A DNA stretch of 64,000 bases from Selaginella moellendorffii (taxonomy: Eukaryota; Plantae; Lycopodiophyta). Shown here piece by piece: positions 47,339 to 59,400 of this stretch. Location of the stretch: positions 1,340,248 to 1,404,247 of the forward strand of contig NW_003314298.1 in NCBI RefSeq assembly GCF_000143415.4, in the 5' to 3' direction. The notes beneath the pieces are model-generated. The model was not told the DNA's origin and searched no databases. It saw only the letters and a list, made by a program, of their open reading frames with translations. A program made the translations under genes and the position numbers. Each line of letters opens with the position of its first letter. The first letter of the stretch is position 1.

Positions 47339-50300
47339 AAGGAATTGCGGTTTTTAGGGTTCTTTGAAACGAATTAAAGGGGTGCTCTGGTTTTATGTTT
47401 TAGGGTTTACCAATCTAAAGAATCTTTCTCTTCCACTGCAAGGGGACCTCATAATGATAAGGTACATAACTTAGTTCTTTAGGACCGCGATCAGTTAGTT
47501 GGATCTATTACAAGAACGATCAGAATTATTTAGCCAGAAGTTCGCCGGAGCGGAAAACATTCCAACTACACGTACTTTCAGGTAGAATCCAGATTTTGTT
47601 CGTGATATGGGGCCAACTAATTAAGCTTTCCTCCGAGTCCAAAGAAAAAAATGAGAGTAATTCACAGTGCACCAGCACCAACTTGATCAAGTTGCCGTCC
47701 CGTTTGGCTTGACGGCAACTGCAAATCAAAGGACCTCCTTCATCTCTGCAAGCGAGTGCCAAACAAACAGAATAACAAATGAATTTTTATAAGATACTGT
47801 AAAAATTGACGGACCGAAAAGCAACTCGAGGAACCTTTCCTGCTCATACGAAATGGTCACGACCATTTGTCACAGGAGCTCGAAGACTTGACTTGTTGGA
47901 TGGACGCCTGAGACAAACAAGAAACGAACCAGAGGCGATGAACCATTCTTGAGTTCTCCTTAAATCTCTACAGCCAAGCAATACATTCCGGTGATCGCTC
48001 TAAACGAATTTCCTGGAGACAGAGAAGAAGTACCTTCATCCTATTGCTGCAAAACCACACAGGGATAGCTCTCTTGGAGAACTTTACTTTCATCCTCGAG
48101 GACCTTGAGTCCAGCACAGCTCACAACTTAGGATCATGGAAAAAATAGAAAGAAACTTTAGTAACAATGTAAACAAAAGTTTGGCTACCAGACACAAACG
48201 CTTTCAGCGTCAAGAAACGTCCAAAGCCTTTTAAGATCGACTCGGGCAGATCGACCCGGGAAGCTTTCTTGCGCTTCTAGAAAGGAGCTTCAGAGGATCG
48301 CCCCTGATAAAAAAACTCGTTAGTTCCAACTCTTCTTGCTTATCATTCACAATAAGGTCGGACGACTTTGGAAAGAGGCCAAAGCTATCGATGTTATGCC
48401 GGAGCGCAACGAGGCTGGACCATCCTCCAAACCCGATCAAAAGGCACAGTACTACTGCCAGATTGCATGCCAATCCAATTCCATGCCGCCTTGCTCTTGG
48501 AAGCAAATGGGATTCGTACCTCGATCGCGAGCCGTGATCTTGACAGGCTTGCCAGATCCCATCGATCCCCCACACGGCGCTCATCACTAGCGGCAAGATT
48601 GACCTGGGGACCGAGGAGAGAGCGGCGATGAGCTGGACCCGGCTCCGCCGTGCTGGGGAAAGAGTGATCCGATTTTGGGCTCGCGCTTGATCCGCCCGGC
48701 AAGGCGCCCACCCAGAAAGAAAACGAAAGAACAAGAGCTTTATTCTTTTGATTCCACAAAGACGAGCAAAGCAGAGCAGCGTCAACCCTGCGCACAATCA
48801 CAGTTGTTTCCTCTAAGACCCTCTTCCTCTGCAGCATTGACAATGTCAGTAAGAGTTTTGAGCTTCAAGTCGGTATCTTGGGGGCTTTAGCTCTTCTTTT
48901 GAAAAGAAGGCATTTGGTGCTCCAAGAGATCAATGATGGACATGGGAAGTGCATCTTCTGCCTTTGTATCGAAAATAATGGCCTCCTGGAAAATTTTGTT
49001 CTCTTTTTACCACATTAAACCCCATGTGGCAAAAGATAACAAGCATTGCAAAAATTCTAAGTGTAAAATTTTTGGCTCTTGGCTTTGCATTGTGGCTCGG
49101 TTTGCTCTAGGTCATGTTTGTTTCATGTGACTTAGGTGGCCTAGGGCATTGCAAATAAAATTTTGTTTTGTTAATTTTTCTTTGATGTCCAAAAATTTAC
49201 TTTGCCTCACTTCTTAATAATTTTAATGTACCAGAATTCCAAGTGACTTAGATAATTTCGAAAGTCTACAATTATGATTATATGTATTTTCTTTACAATT
49301 TTCATACACAAGGCTCTAACTTTTAGCCTTTTAAAATTATCATTTGAATCATTTAATAAGTTTCACTTAAAATTTTTTTGGTTTGGGCTAAAATTTTATT
49401 TCTACTTTTTCACATGAACAAAAATACCTTTAAAAAAAAAGAAACATGCATTTCAAATTTAAGCTTTACTCATGCCAAACATACTAAAGTGCCAAAAATT
49501 CCAACCATTTGGCATTAAAAAATGCTATTGTTTTACCTTCTATTAAATTTTATTATTGTTTACTATTGTTTTTTTTACTATTGTTGTTGGAAAAAAAAGA
49601 GAGAGGCTTACAAAATATCATGGCTTTACACTTCAAATATATTTTTTTATTGAAGCTACTAAAAACAAACTATATAGTTTCTTTTAATAGTTTTTGAAAC
49701 TCTTCAAGATATTTAAAATGAATTTTACACCATCTATAGATTGATCTTCAATGAAATTTTGATGGTATATAGTTTTATTTTTTTATACATTTAAAAAAAA
49801 TTTGTTTTCCAAGGCATTTAGTTATCAAATGCAAATATTGTTTGGAAGTTAAAATGTCAAATACATTCATAAAGGAAGATTCCATAACTTTCCAAGTAAG
49901 TAAAAGTTTTTTATTTCTTATATTCAAATAAAGTATCATTTGGTAATAACATAAGCTATAATAATTAATTAAAAATAAAATCAAAATCCTATGGATAGTA
50001 ACAACTTTGTATAGTTATTCAGATAGATAAACCCTTTGCAAATATAAAGTTTTATTACAAAATGATACAAAGTTTGAGATATACACAAACCTTTATCTAG
50101 AAATTTTAAATGCATTAATATTCTTATATAAAAATGCTTATGAGGTTGTCGATTGAAATAAAGCATTTAATGTGTAGATGAATATGAAAAACAAAAAAGA
50201 TAGTGATGTATTACTTAGTTAAATAATATTTTATTTTTTTATTTTTTTATTTTTTATTTGAAAGTTGTGAGTGTGGCTAACACGTAAGAGCCCTTGACCA

Positions 50301-50619
50301 TATTATCCCCACTTGCCATATTTTTTTGTCTTATTTGCCACTGGAGCATTGAAGAACGAGTAAAGGGATGTCTTTTTTTATTTCCTTTGCAAAAAGAAGA
50401 ATAATCTTAATTAATACTAAAGTCCCTGAATCTAGATTGCAAATTGCACAGATACCTCAACTTTCCCCCACTACTTGGATTTTGACATCTTTTGACAAAT
50501 ATGGATTAAAAGAGATGTCTATTATTCTTTCCTCTTTTTTTAAAACCCTAACAATGTTTTCCATGATAGAATGAAAGCAAAAGAGCATGGATACAACCAA
50601 ATGTATTTATAAGTTTGTT

Positions 50620-50890
50620 CCACCAATCAGAGCACAAGACTAAGATGGCAATCTTAGCCGTTAAATTTCCCTCTCACTTCAAGCCGACGCCAATCACAGC
50701 GCAGGACGAGGATGGGCAATCTTAGCCGCTGAATTTCCCTCTCACTTCAAGCCGACGCCAATCACAGCGCAGGACGAGGATGGGCAATCTTAGCCGCTGA
50801 ATTTCCCGCTCAACTTCAAGCCGACCAATCACAGCGCAGGACCCGGATCAACTCTCAGCCAATCAGAGCACAGGACCGGGATGGGCAATT
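50620..50890 (+). repeat. 68-bp tandem repeat (~3.5 copies) with CCAAT boxes. Related 80-bp units at 61640-61790
   Basis: GATGGGCAATCTTAGCCG starts at 50711 and 50779. Five CCAATCA(C/G)AG. TTTCCCGC at 50802. Confidence 0.85.
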
Positions 50891-50899
50891 CATGCTCAC

Positions 50900-51592
50900 G
50901 GTACGAGTTCATTCACAGCGAGCGGATTATCTGGAAGGGAACTTGGATGTGGCAACTCGTGCACGATATGTACCAAGATGGCTTCACAGACATCACAGCG
51001 ACTGATCTCTCGCCTGGAGCGGAGGCTACGGAATGCTCCGACTTGTGGCATTCTTGGCATCACATGCCATTCAAGGACGCGAGCTTCGACATTTAGGATA
51101 CAAAGATAGTGTTTGGCTTTTAGATCGGATCAAAACTAAAGGAAGGATGGGTTTTAAAGAGGATGTTCAGCGGGAGTCCCTGAGATCCCGAGATGACGCG
51201 ACGCTCAATGGGGTACACCGAGTTCTTGAAGCAAATGGTGTTTTCATCTCTATCGCATTTGGCAAGATCGAAAACTTGGATCTTAGAGCTGCTCTCTTCT
51301 GACTCTTTGCCTTAAGCCTCACCTATTTCGAGGCCAGTGGCTTCGAATGGTCCATGGAGTACTCAACCTTTGGAGACTCGTTCCACTATTATTTTTATAA
51401 GCTAAGAAAGGTTGTCTCTTTCCTCCCCGATCAAACTTTAAAACGCTCTAACATCAGGGAATGGCCAGAAAGGTTTTGCCTCGAGAGTCGACGGAAATCA
51501 CAAGCAATGACATGGTGCAGGAGCAAATGCATGACGAAGATTATCTCATGAGAACCATGATGATCAACGACGACAGAACCACGTCCAGGTGA
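50900..51592 (+). pseudogene. SAM-dependent methyltransferase relic (EEF1AKMT4/ECE2-like, Methyltransf_11 type)
   Basis: Fragments MYQDGFTDITATDLS, MPFKDASFD, GVHRVLEANGVFISIAFG, FEWSMEYSTFGDSFHYYFYKLRK, DEDYLMRT lie in broken frames. N-terminus missing. Confidence 0.7.
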
Positions 51593-51619
51593 TCGATCAT
51601 TCCAAATGTCCTCAAAGTT

Positions 51620-53323
51620 TCAGAGTTTCTCTTGGGCTATATCCCCATCATGTAACTGGCATGCAGCCAGGAACGCCGTCCAGGCAACATGGTCGCACGG
51701 CAAGCTCTGGGCCACATCCTTGGCGAGCTCCATCTCCCCAGACTTTGCGAGTAGCTCCAGCACGCAGCTGTAGTGTGGATTGCCTGGCAGCACTCCAAAG
51801 TCGAGGCTGGCGGAGACGAAGCAGCGCCATCCGGCATCCAAATCGCCGCAGTGTTTGAAAGCAAGAAGAGCGCTCAAGAACGATGTCTCATCGGGGACTT
51901 CTCCAGCCAAGACCATCTCGTGCCAAACCGACGTAGCAGCACGCTTACAATCCCCACAGCTCGAGCACCACGCTATCATGGTGTTCCACGATACCAAGTT
52001 TCGGATGGGCATTCTGTCGAAGACTAGAACCAAGCGGTCGAGGTGACCGGCGCGTCCAAAAGCAGCGATACTGGCAGTCCAGGCCGTGACGTTTCTTGCA
52101 GGCATTCTCGCAAAGGTGGCCTCCGCCTCCATAAGATGCCCATTGTAGATATAACCCGCTAAGAGGGCGTTCCAAGAGACCACGTCGGGAGCCTCTGTGG
52201 TATCAAACAATACCTTTGCTTGCTCGACATGCCTGGCTCGGGCATATGCTGTCAGCATTGAGTTTACTGTGACTGTAGTCCGCTCCGGCATAGTTTCAAA
52301 CACACAGCTTGCCTGCTCAACTTTACCAGATTGGGAATATACTTGCAAGAGCAAAGTCCATGACACCACGTTAGTTTCTGGCATTTTGGTAAACAACATT
52401 TCGGTTTCTTTGCAAAGCCCATTTTCGGCAAATGCTCTAAGGAGTATGTTATATGACACTAAGTTTCTTACTGGCATTGTGCTAAACACGTTCATGCAAG
52501 AATCCAAATCACCACTAATTAAGTAACCACTTATCATGATGTTCCAGGACACTATATTTCTTTCGGCCATGCTCTTGAACAACGCTTCTGACTTACGCAT
52601 ATCGAGGCCTTCGCCATATGCGGCAAGCAAGGAGTTACAGACCATGAGATTTTGTACAGACATATCCAAGGAAATCGCTAACACCATATCCACATCACGT
52701 ACTTCAGACAGCGCTTGCATCAGTGTCGCGCAAGAAACCACGTCCCTCTCGGGCATTCTCGAAAAGATTATCTTTGTTTGTTCAAGCTGCCCACTCAAGG
52801 CATATGCTGAAAGGAGCGCGTTCCAAGACACTAGGTCGTGCTCAGCCATTTCGTCAAAGACATGCTTGGCTTGCTCCAGCTTACCATTATTCGCAAAACC
52901 CGTGATTTTTGTGTTCCATGAAAGAATGCTAAACTCCGGCATGCACTGCGCTAACGCTTCCATTTCCGACAGGTACCCGGAATTGGCATTTGCAAGCAGT
53001 ATCACATTCCAAGCCACCACATTTGTCAGCGGCATCGCACCGAACAAGAGCATCGCCTCGTGAACGCAGCCACTGTGGGCATACGCAGCGAGGATGGCAG
53101 TCCATGAGAAAAGGTTTGGAACACGAATGGAATCGAAGACCGCCCGAGCGTCGATGATGCTTCCACATCGATCGTAAGTTCCTATGAGCAAGTTCGCCAG
53201 GAACTTCTCGTGCCGCAGTGCCGGGTTCTGGGAAATGCAACTGTGGATGCGTCTGGCATCCACCAAGTCACAGCATTTGTGGAGAAGGCTAGCCAGCTCG
53301 GGTCGGGATGTAATTGCCACCAT
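51620..53323 (-). CDS. Pentatricopeptide repeat protein (PLS-type, no DYW), 567 aa
   Basis: Repeated ~31-aa units (F..MP.RNVVSWN.ML.AYA..G). C-terminal PDETSFLSAL...HYSCVLELL...WTAFLAAC. Intronless. Confidence 0.9.
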   Translation of the reverse strand: MVAITSRPELASLLHKCCDLVDARRIHSCISQNPALRHEKFLANLLIGTYDRCGSIIDARAVFDSIRVPNLFSWTAILAAYAHSGCVHEAMLLFGAMPLTNVVAWNVILLANANSGYLSEMEALAQCMPEFSILSWNTKITGFANNGKLEQAKHVFDEMAEHDLVSWNALLSAYALSGQLEQTKIIFSRMPERDVVSCATLMQALSEVRDVDMVLAISLDMSVQNLMVCNSLLAAYGEGLDMRKSEALFKSMAERNIVSWNIMISGYLISGDLDSCMNVFSTMPVRNLVSYNILLRAFAENGLCKETEMLFTKMPETNVVSWTLLLQVYSQSGKVEQASCVFETMPERTTVTVNSMLTAYARARHVEQAKVLFDTTEAPDVVSWNALLAGYIYNGHLMEAEATFARMPARNVTAWTASIAAFGRAGHLDRLVLVFDRMPIRNLVSWNTMIAWCSSCGDCKRAATSVWHEMVLAGEVPDETSFLSALLAFKHCGDLDAGWRCFVSASLDFGVLPGNPHYSCVLELLAKSGEMELAKDVAQSLPCDHVAWTAFLAACQLHDGDIAQEKL

Positions 53324-53441
53324 CTTTTCATGTTGCTTGGCTTGTGACTGATCATATCATGTTTATTTATATGCTTTTGGCATCCAGATGTCGCTACACA
53401 GATATGTACTTACATGGTTAAAGATGATTGAAACTTTGTCA

Positions 53442-54565
53442 ATGGACCTAACGATCGTGTTGTGCTCCTCAACTTTCATCATTCTCTTGGTTGTTTGGAG
53501 TTACAAGGTGCGCACAAATCTTCCACCAAGTCCATGGGGATCGGCCACCGCCACTTGCTCAGAGGAATATATTAAGTGTTGTTGTTTCAAGCCAGGAGCT
53601 AGTCAAGGAGCGCTTCACTTCACAAGACTCGAGCTTCTCGTCAAGACCATACATGGTTGTATCATAGCTATGGGATCTTCTCCCTAGGACAGTAATTCGG
53701 GAGTGTCTGTAAGCTATGCTCTTCTCACCCAAGTCTGTAGACTCGTTTTCATGGATTAGAAAGGAAGAGTTCTCGCTGCTTTTGCAAACAGTGCTCATAA
53801 AGTCACACGAGGAAACTGTTCTCCACCTTCACATTCAACGCATTGACAAGGATTTTCATGATGTGGACCTGGGAATCAAGGGAAGCTTGGTCAATTTTGT
53901 CCTTTGCTATTTGAGATGGCTGGTTGGCAGATTCCCCAGCACAAAGGTGTGCATGCAAAGCTAGACAAGTTCTTGTAAAAGATTGTGAACGAGCACAAAG
54001 GCAGCACCCGGGAATGCCACCACGCTCCTGTTCTTTGGTGAGGGAACACAAGGAAACTTGCTAATCATAGAAGTGTCAAAGTTTTTTGTGGGGTTTCTTT
54101 CAGGACATGTTTGCTGCCAGAACTGATTCATCTGTTGTTCCAAGCGAGTGGCTGCTAGCAGCGGTACTGCAAAAGCCTCGGGGCTTAGCACGAGCTCAAG
54201 AGGAGCTCGACAGGGTTGTGGGAAATGCGAGAATTTTGAGAGAGTCAAGCTGCAATACCTTGAAGCAATCATCAAGGACACATTTAAACGATAGCAGCAA
54301 TCCTTAGTGGCTATGAGATTCCCAAAGAAACTGCGGCTTGCTGGTTAATGTGTGGGTGGTGCAAATGGATCCGACAGTGTGGGAGAATCCCACCCTACTT
54401 CTACCCAACCACTTTATTGGGAGCGGGCTTGAGCCAAGACTTTGGGCTCATCAGAAGGAAATGCCTCTTGGGTTTGAACACTATGGAGCTGGCAGAATCT
54501 CATCCATGGCTTCTATTGGAAACTTGTGCTTGGGACAAAAGTTAATCTATCCATTGATCTCTTGA
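53442..54565 (+). pseudogene. Cytochrome P450 pseudogene, paralogue of 59775-61312
   Basis: MDLTIVL..NLPPSPWG, LFSPKSVDSFSWIRKEE, YLRWL, SEWLLAAV..AQEELDRVVGN, LVNVW..MDPTVWENP. Many frameshifts; heme motif lost. Confidence 0.85.
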
Positions 54566-55015
54566 AAAAGTTACAATTAGTTTTTGAACATTTAATTAAA
54601 TTACCTTTGTGAGGGCCAAGTGTATGGCTATGATGCTGTATACTAATATTAGCGTAGTGGGATTTTGGTAGCTATCGGATTGATTTCAATTCAGACCACT
54701 CACTCTTGTATATAAGCTAAGGTTTTTGGGCTAATTGATATGCACATTTTTATATTCCCTTTCCATATTCCATACACTCACATTGGTGGAGATGAGAGGC
54801 ACCTTTGATTGTCCCTGGGGAGTGCTTAAATTTGGGATTTCAATTTAGATTTAGCTTTTGCATTGTTTAGATTTAGCTTTTTCCATTTCCTTTCTTTTGT
54901 TATTTCCTTTTAGGATTTTGGTTTAAATCTAGCTTTTTGCATTTTCTAGATCTACCATTTCCTTCTAGCTTTTTGTCATTTCTCTTCTTTTGCTCTTTCT
55001 TTTTCATTCGTCTCC

Positions 55016-55948
55016 ATGGCAGATCAACAATCTCTTCCTTTGACTCTGGAGCAGTAGTTGGTGCAATTGCTTGATATTATGCACTTGCAATTGAACAACC
55101 AAACTCAATTGATGGCGACGTTCACGACACATGGTACAACTCCTCCTGCTCTTGGTGCCAATCCTTGCGTTTGGCCGGAGTTCTTTCGCGGGAATCTTGG
55201 GGATGATGTGTACCATTGGTTCAATCATTTTACGGTGATTGCCACATATCATTCTTGGGATGATGCTCGACGTTTGCGTGAGTTTCCCATGTGTCTCCAA
55301 GGGACGGCGTTGCAGTGGTACAACGGTTTGGGAGCAGCCACTCGCGGGGATTGGAGTGTTCTTCCAGCTGTCTTCAAACGTGCCTTCAGACATGCCGATG
55401 ACTGTGATGATGCTTTCCAACAATTGCATCGTCTTCACCAAGGGCCATTTGAGTCAGTGATGCAATTTGGTGTTCGTTTCCGAAGTCTTTTGCTTCGTGT
55501 GGAGCCAAATATATTAGAGTGGATCAAGCTAGGAATGTTGTGGCCAGCACTTCGTCAAGATCTTGTCGGACTTGTGCATGCACTTGCTCCCGCCACCTTT
55601 GACGATGCTCTTTGCTTGGTGCAAAGTTATGAGACGTCGCCTCTTCCACTTCTCGCTACACGTCTTTCAACTCCACTTCCTGTGGGTGATGGTCCTGTTC
55701 CAATGGAGGTTGATGCTACTGCTGCTCGAGCCCAAGGTCAAGGGCGAGGACGTGGTCATGGTCATGATATTCGCTGTTGGGCATGTGATGAAGTTGGTCA
55801 TACTTATCGGCGTTGTCGGCATTTTCCAGATTGGCGACCTCCATTTCCTGGGTGGAGACTTTGGCGTCAGCAACGTCCCGTTGGTGCTGCTGCAATGGAA
55901 GGTTTGGACACTGAGATGCATCCGGGAAACGAGGAGTCGTGCGAGTAA
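55016..55948 (+). pseudogene. gag: Gypsy gag (nonsense TAG at 55055)
   Basis: Retrotransposon gag-like FRG..DVYHWF..LQGTALQWY, PVPMEVD, CCHC knuckle CWACDEVGHTYRRC. Confidence 0.85.
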
Positions 55949-58900
55949 CGGAGGGACCTTACGCGAATAAGTTAGTGACCCCTCCATCTTTCTTTCGGGA
56001 GTATCATCAAGGGGTTCACTCGGCACCAGTTCATTCAGTGTTTACTTTCCAAGCTCGTCTTTATAACAAGAGGTCTCCTATTATTCTCTCTATGTTGGTT
56101 GATACAGGTTCGAGTTTATCTTCTATTGCTCGACCTATTGCCATATATTGTCGTCTACACTTGCGTCGTGCGACGGAACTAGTTTTCATTCTTTATGGCA
56201 ACGGCCGTACACATGCATGTGCATGGGATGAGGCAGACCTAGTTGTGCGTGTGGGCGATCTCGATCTCGAGTTGCAATCGTTGCGGGTGGTGCCGAGTCA
56301 AGCTTTTGACCTTATTCTTGGTATGGATTGGTTGCAGCGCAATCATGCCAAGTGTGACTTTGAGGCTTCTCCCCCTTGTTTCATACTTCCTTATGTTTCA
56401 TCCATTTCTTTCACTTCTGTACCTCTTCGTCCCTCTACTTCTACCTTTGCTTCCATTACTTTTGTTTCCCCACTATTTCCTCCTGTGTTTCCATCTTGTT
56501 CTACTCTTCCCTTTTCCGATCCCTCTGACGATCTTTGTGTTGCAGCCATTGACCGGCTCATGAAGGAGTATTCTGATCTCTTTGACTTTGACCTATCATC
56601 TGGAGCCAAGATTGCCACACGTCATTGGATTCTAACTAGGGATGCTCATCCAATCAAGGTTCCTATTCATCGTCGGTCACCAAAGGAGATCAAGATTTTA
56701 CGTGCAAATGTCAAGAAGATGTTGGAGAAGGGTGTTATTTGGAAGTTGCGGAGTCCTTGGGTATGTGAACTTCATCTTGTGACGAAGCCTGATGGGAGTA
56801 TTCATTTCTGCATTGACTATCGTCTGTTAAACGATGTAACAATCCCGGATGTGTACCCTCTTCCTCACACTGCTGATCTCTTGGATCGTTTGGGGCGAAG
56901 TCGTTGGTTCACCAAGCTAGATCTTGCTTCTGGGTACTGGCAAGTACCGATGGCCGAAGAAGATATTCCTAAGACTGTTTTTTGTACACCATTTGGTTTG
57001 TATGAGTTCTTGGTGATGGCATTTGGTTTGAACAATGCTCCAGCAACTTTTCAACGGATGATGGACGAGGTTCTTTGCGATATGCCAGAGGTGACTGCTG
57101 ACTTCATTGATAATGTCTTGATCCACTCGGAGGGGATGTGGGAGGAGCACATTCGTGATATTTGTAAAGTGTTGGATCGGCTACGCGACGTTGGTTTAAA
57201 GCTGAAGTGGTTGAAGTGTGTGTTTGGATCCAAGGACACAACTTATCTTGGGTACCGTATTTCTCATGAGGGTTTGCAAGTTGATCCTGACAAACTTGTG
57301 GCTGTTCTAAAGTTCCCTACTCCGAAGTGTGTGAATGATGTGCAGCGCTTCTTGGGCAAGGTGCAATATCTCGGGCGTTTTGTGGATCATCTTTTTGATC
57401 GCATTGCACCATTGCAAGCGTTGTTGAAGTCATCAACGTCATCTTTCATTTGGTCTCCAGATTGTGAGCAGGCGTTCAGGGATTTCAAAGAGTTATTGAC
57501 AACTCCTCCGGTTTTGGCATATCCTGACTACACTCGACCTTTTATTTTGCGCGTGGATGCTTCTGACATTGGTCTTGGAGGGGTGTTAATGCAAGAGAGC
57601 TCGAGTGTGCCTGATCAGCGCTATCCCATTGCATATATAAGCCGTACATTACAACAAGCGGAGATGAACTACTCCACGACAGAGAAGGAGTGTTTAGCAG
57701 CAGTCTGGGGTTTCGAGAAACTTCATGCATATCTACATAGTTCTCAGACATTACTTGAAGGTGACCATGCTGCTGTTACTTCGTTATTAAAGCAGAAGAA
57801 CCTGGTTAGTCGTACTACTTGGTGGGCTTTGAAGCTTCAGATATATGATTTTGATGTTGTTCACCGCCCAGGGAGTTCTATGGCTGATGCTGATGCCCTT
57901 TCTCGAGCTCCTCTTCTTTCTTCACTCTCTTCTCATGTTTCTGACGAGCCTGTCGTTCCAGCATCTGTGGATTTTCTAGATGAGGATTTTGTGCTGTCGG
58001 CAGTTGCTGTACTTGACATTCAGTGTCCACAAGGTGCAGAGCAAGATTTACCTTCACTTGATGAGGTTCGCGAGGCTCAAAAGATTGAGCCATGGATTCA
58101 AAGGCTTCGAGATGGGTTTGAGAATCTTGCATCACTTGCTGATGACTTGCCTTTCCGGCATTTACATTCTCAATATCACTTTGAAGATGGCCTTCTTTAT
58201 TTTGTGGGGACAGATCCTGATGATCATTTACAGCTAGTGGTGCCTTTTATCTTTATTCTGCAGTTTCTCCATGCCTACCATGATTCTACTATTCTAGGTG
58301 GGCATATGGGACATTGTTGTGTAATTGAGAAGTTACGCATGTTTTTCTATTGGCCGGAGATGCGACGTGATATTATCCGGTATGTGCGTAGTTGCGTTTG
58401 GTGCCAAGCTCGTAATACTCCCCCTCGTGCTGCGGAAGGACGGTTGGAGTCAATTGCGGTTTCCCGTCCATTTGAGTTGGTGGCATTTGATCTTATGGGA
58501 CCTTTTCCACGGCTAACTGCTGGCAATGAGTATGTTATTATTGCTTCTGACTATTTGACTCGTTGGGTGGAAGTTAATGCTCTTGCTAGCACCTCTACAA
58601 CTGCTGTTGGATACTTCCTCCTCAATCGAGTGGTGTTCCAGCATTCTTGTCCAGAGCGGATTCTTTCGGATAATGGTCCCGCATTTATGGCTGAGGCATT
58701 TCATGTTTTGACGTCTCGATTGGGGATTCGCCACACTTTCACGAGTGCTTATCATTCACAATTAGACGGTCTGGTGGAACGGCTTGTTCGGACGTTCAAG
58801 GGGATGATTGCAAAGTATGTGAACTTTTAGCATTCGGATTGGGATGGTTATTTGCCGTCTCTTCGGTATGCATATGTCATTGAGGTGCAAAGTTCTGTTG

Positions 58901-59400
58901 GTGCTTCACCATATAAACTCCTATATGGTCATGATCCAATATTACCAACGGAGCTGGGTTTACCTTCACGATTGCCACGAGCTGCAGATGCTAGGTCATA
59001 GGATCAATATTTGACAAGCATTCTTCCACTTGTCCGAGTGGAGTCTGCCGAACACTTAGGCTGCGTACAAGTGGGACAACAACGGCGCTACAACTCCCAT
59101 CATCGTCCACCTGCAGAGTACAAAATGGATGATTTGGTGTTAGTCCATTTTCCCCATCTTACAGTACGTGGTTTATCTAAGGGGCTCCTTGCATAGTGGA
59201 AAGGACCGTATCGGGTGTTGCGGCAAGTTGGACCACAAGTTTATGAGGTTCTGCATGACATCCAGCAGGCCGATCCTCCAGAAATTGTGCATGTGCAGTG
59301 GTTGAAATGCTTTATACAAAGGAATCAGGAGCGGTTAATACCATCTACAGATCTGCAGATGCCTCCTCCTGATGTTCCTTCAGATCCCAGCTCGTCTACA
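55924..59400 (+). pseudogene. pol: Gypsy pol (PR-RT-RNaseH-integrase with GPY/F module), in the -1 frame to gag
   Basis: LVDTGSS; FCIDYRLLN; KLDLASGYWQV; FGLNNAPATFQ; catalytic FIDN (D to N); VDAS; integrase HHCC, DLMGP, SDNG; KGPY. Stops from 58828 onward. Confidence 0.9.

Noticed and set aside
47520-48990. Coding-like minus-strand region with possible splice sites
   Set aside because: Stops in all frames and no recognisable family. It may be a decayed gene but cannot be called.
49020-50345. AT-rich 1.3 kb tract with weak inverted ends (GTGGCAAAAGATAACAA / rc GTGGCAAATAAGACAA)
   Set aside because: The inverted match is short and imperfect and no TSD was found, so a DNA transposon call is unsupported.
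50645-50890. CRISPR-like periodicity
   Set aside because: Whole 68-bp units repeat with no unique spacers, the context is eukaryotic, and there are no cas genes.
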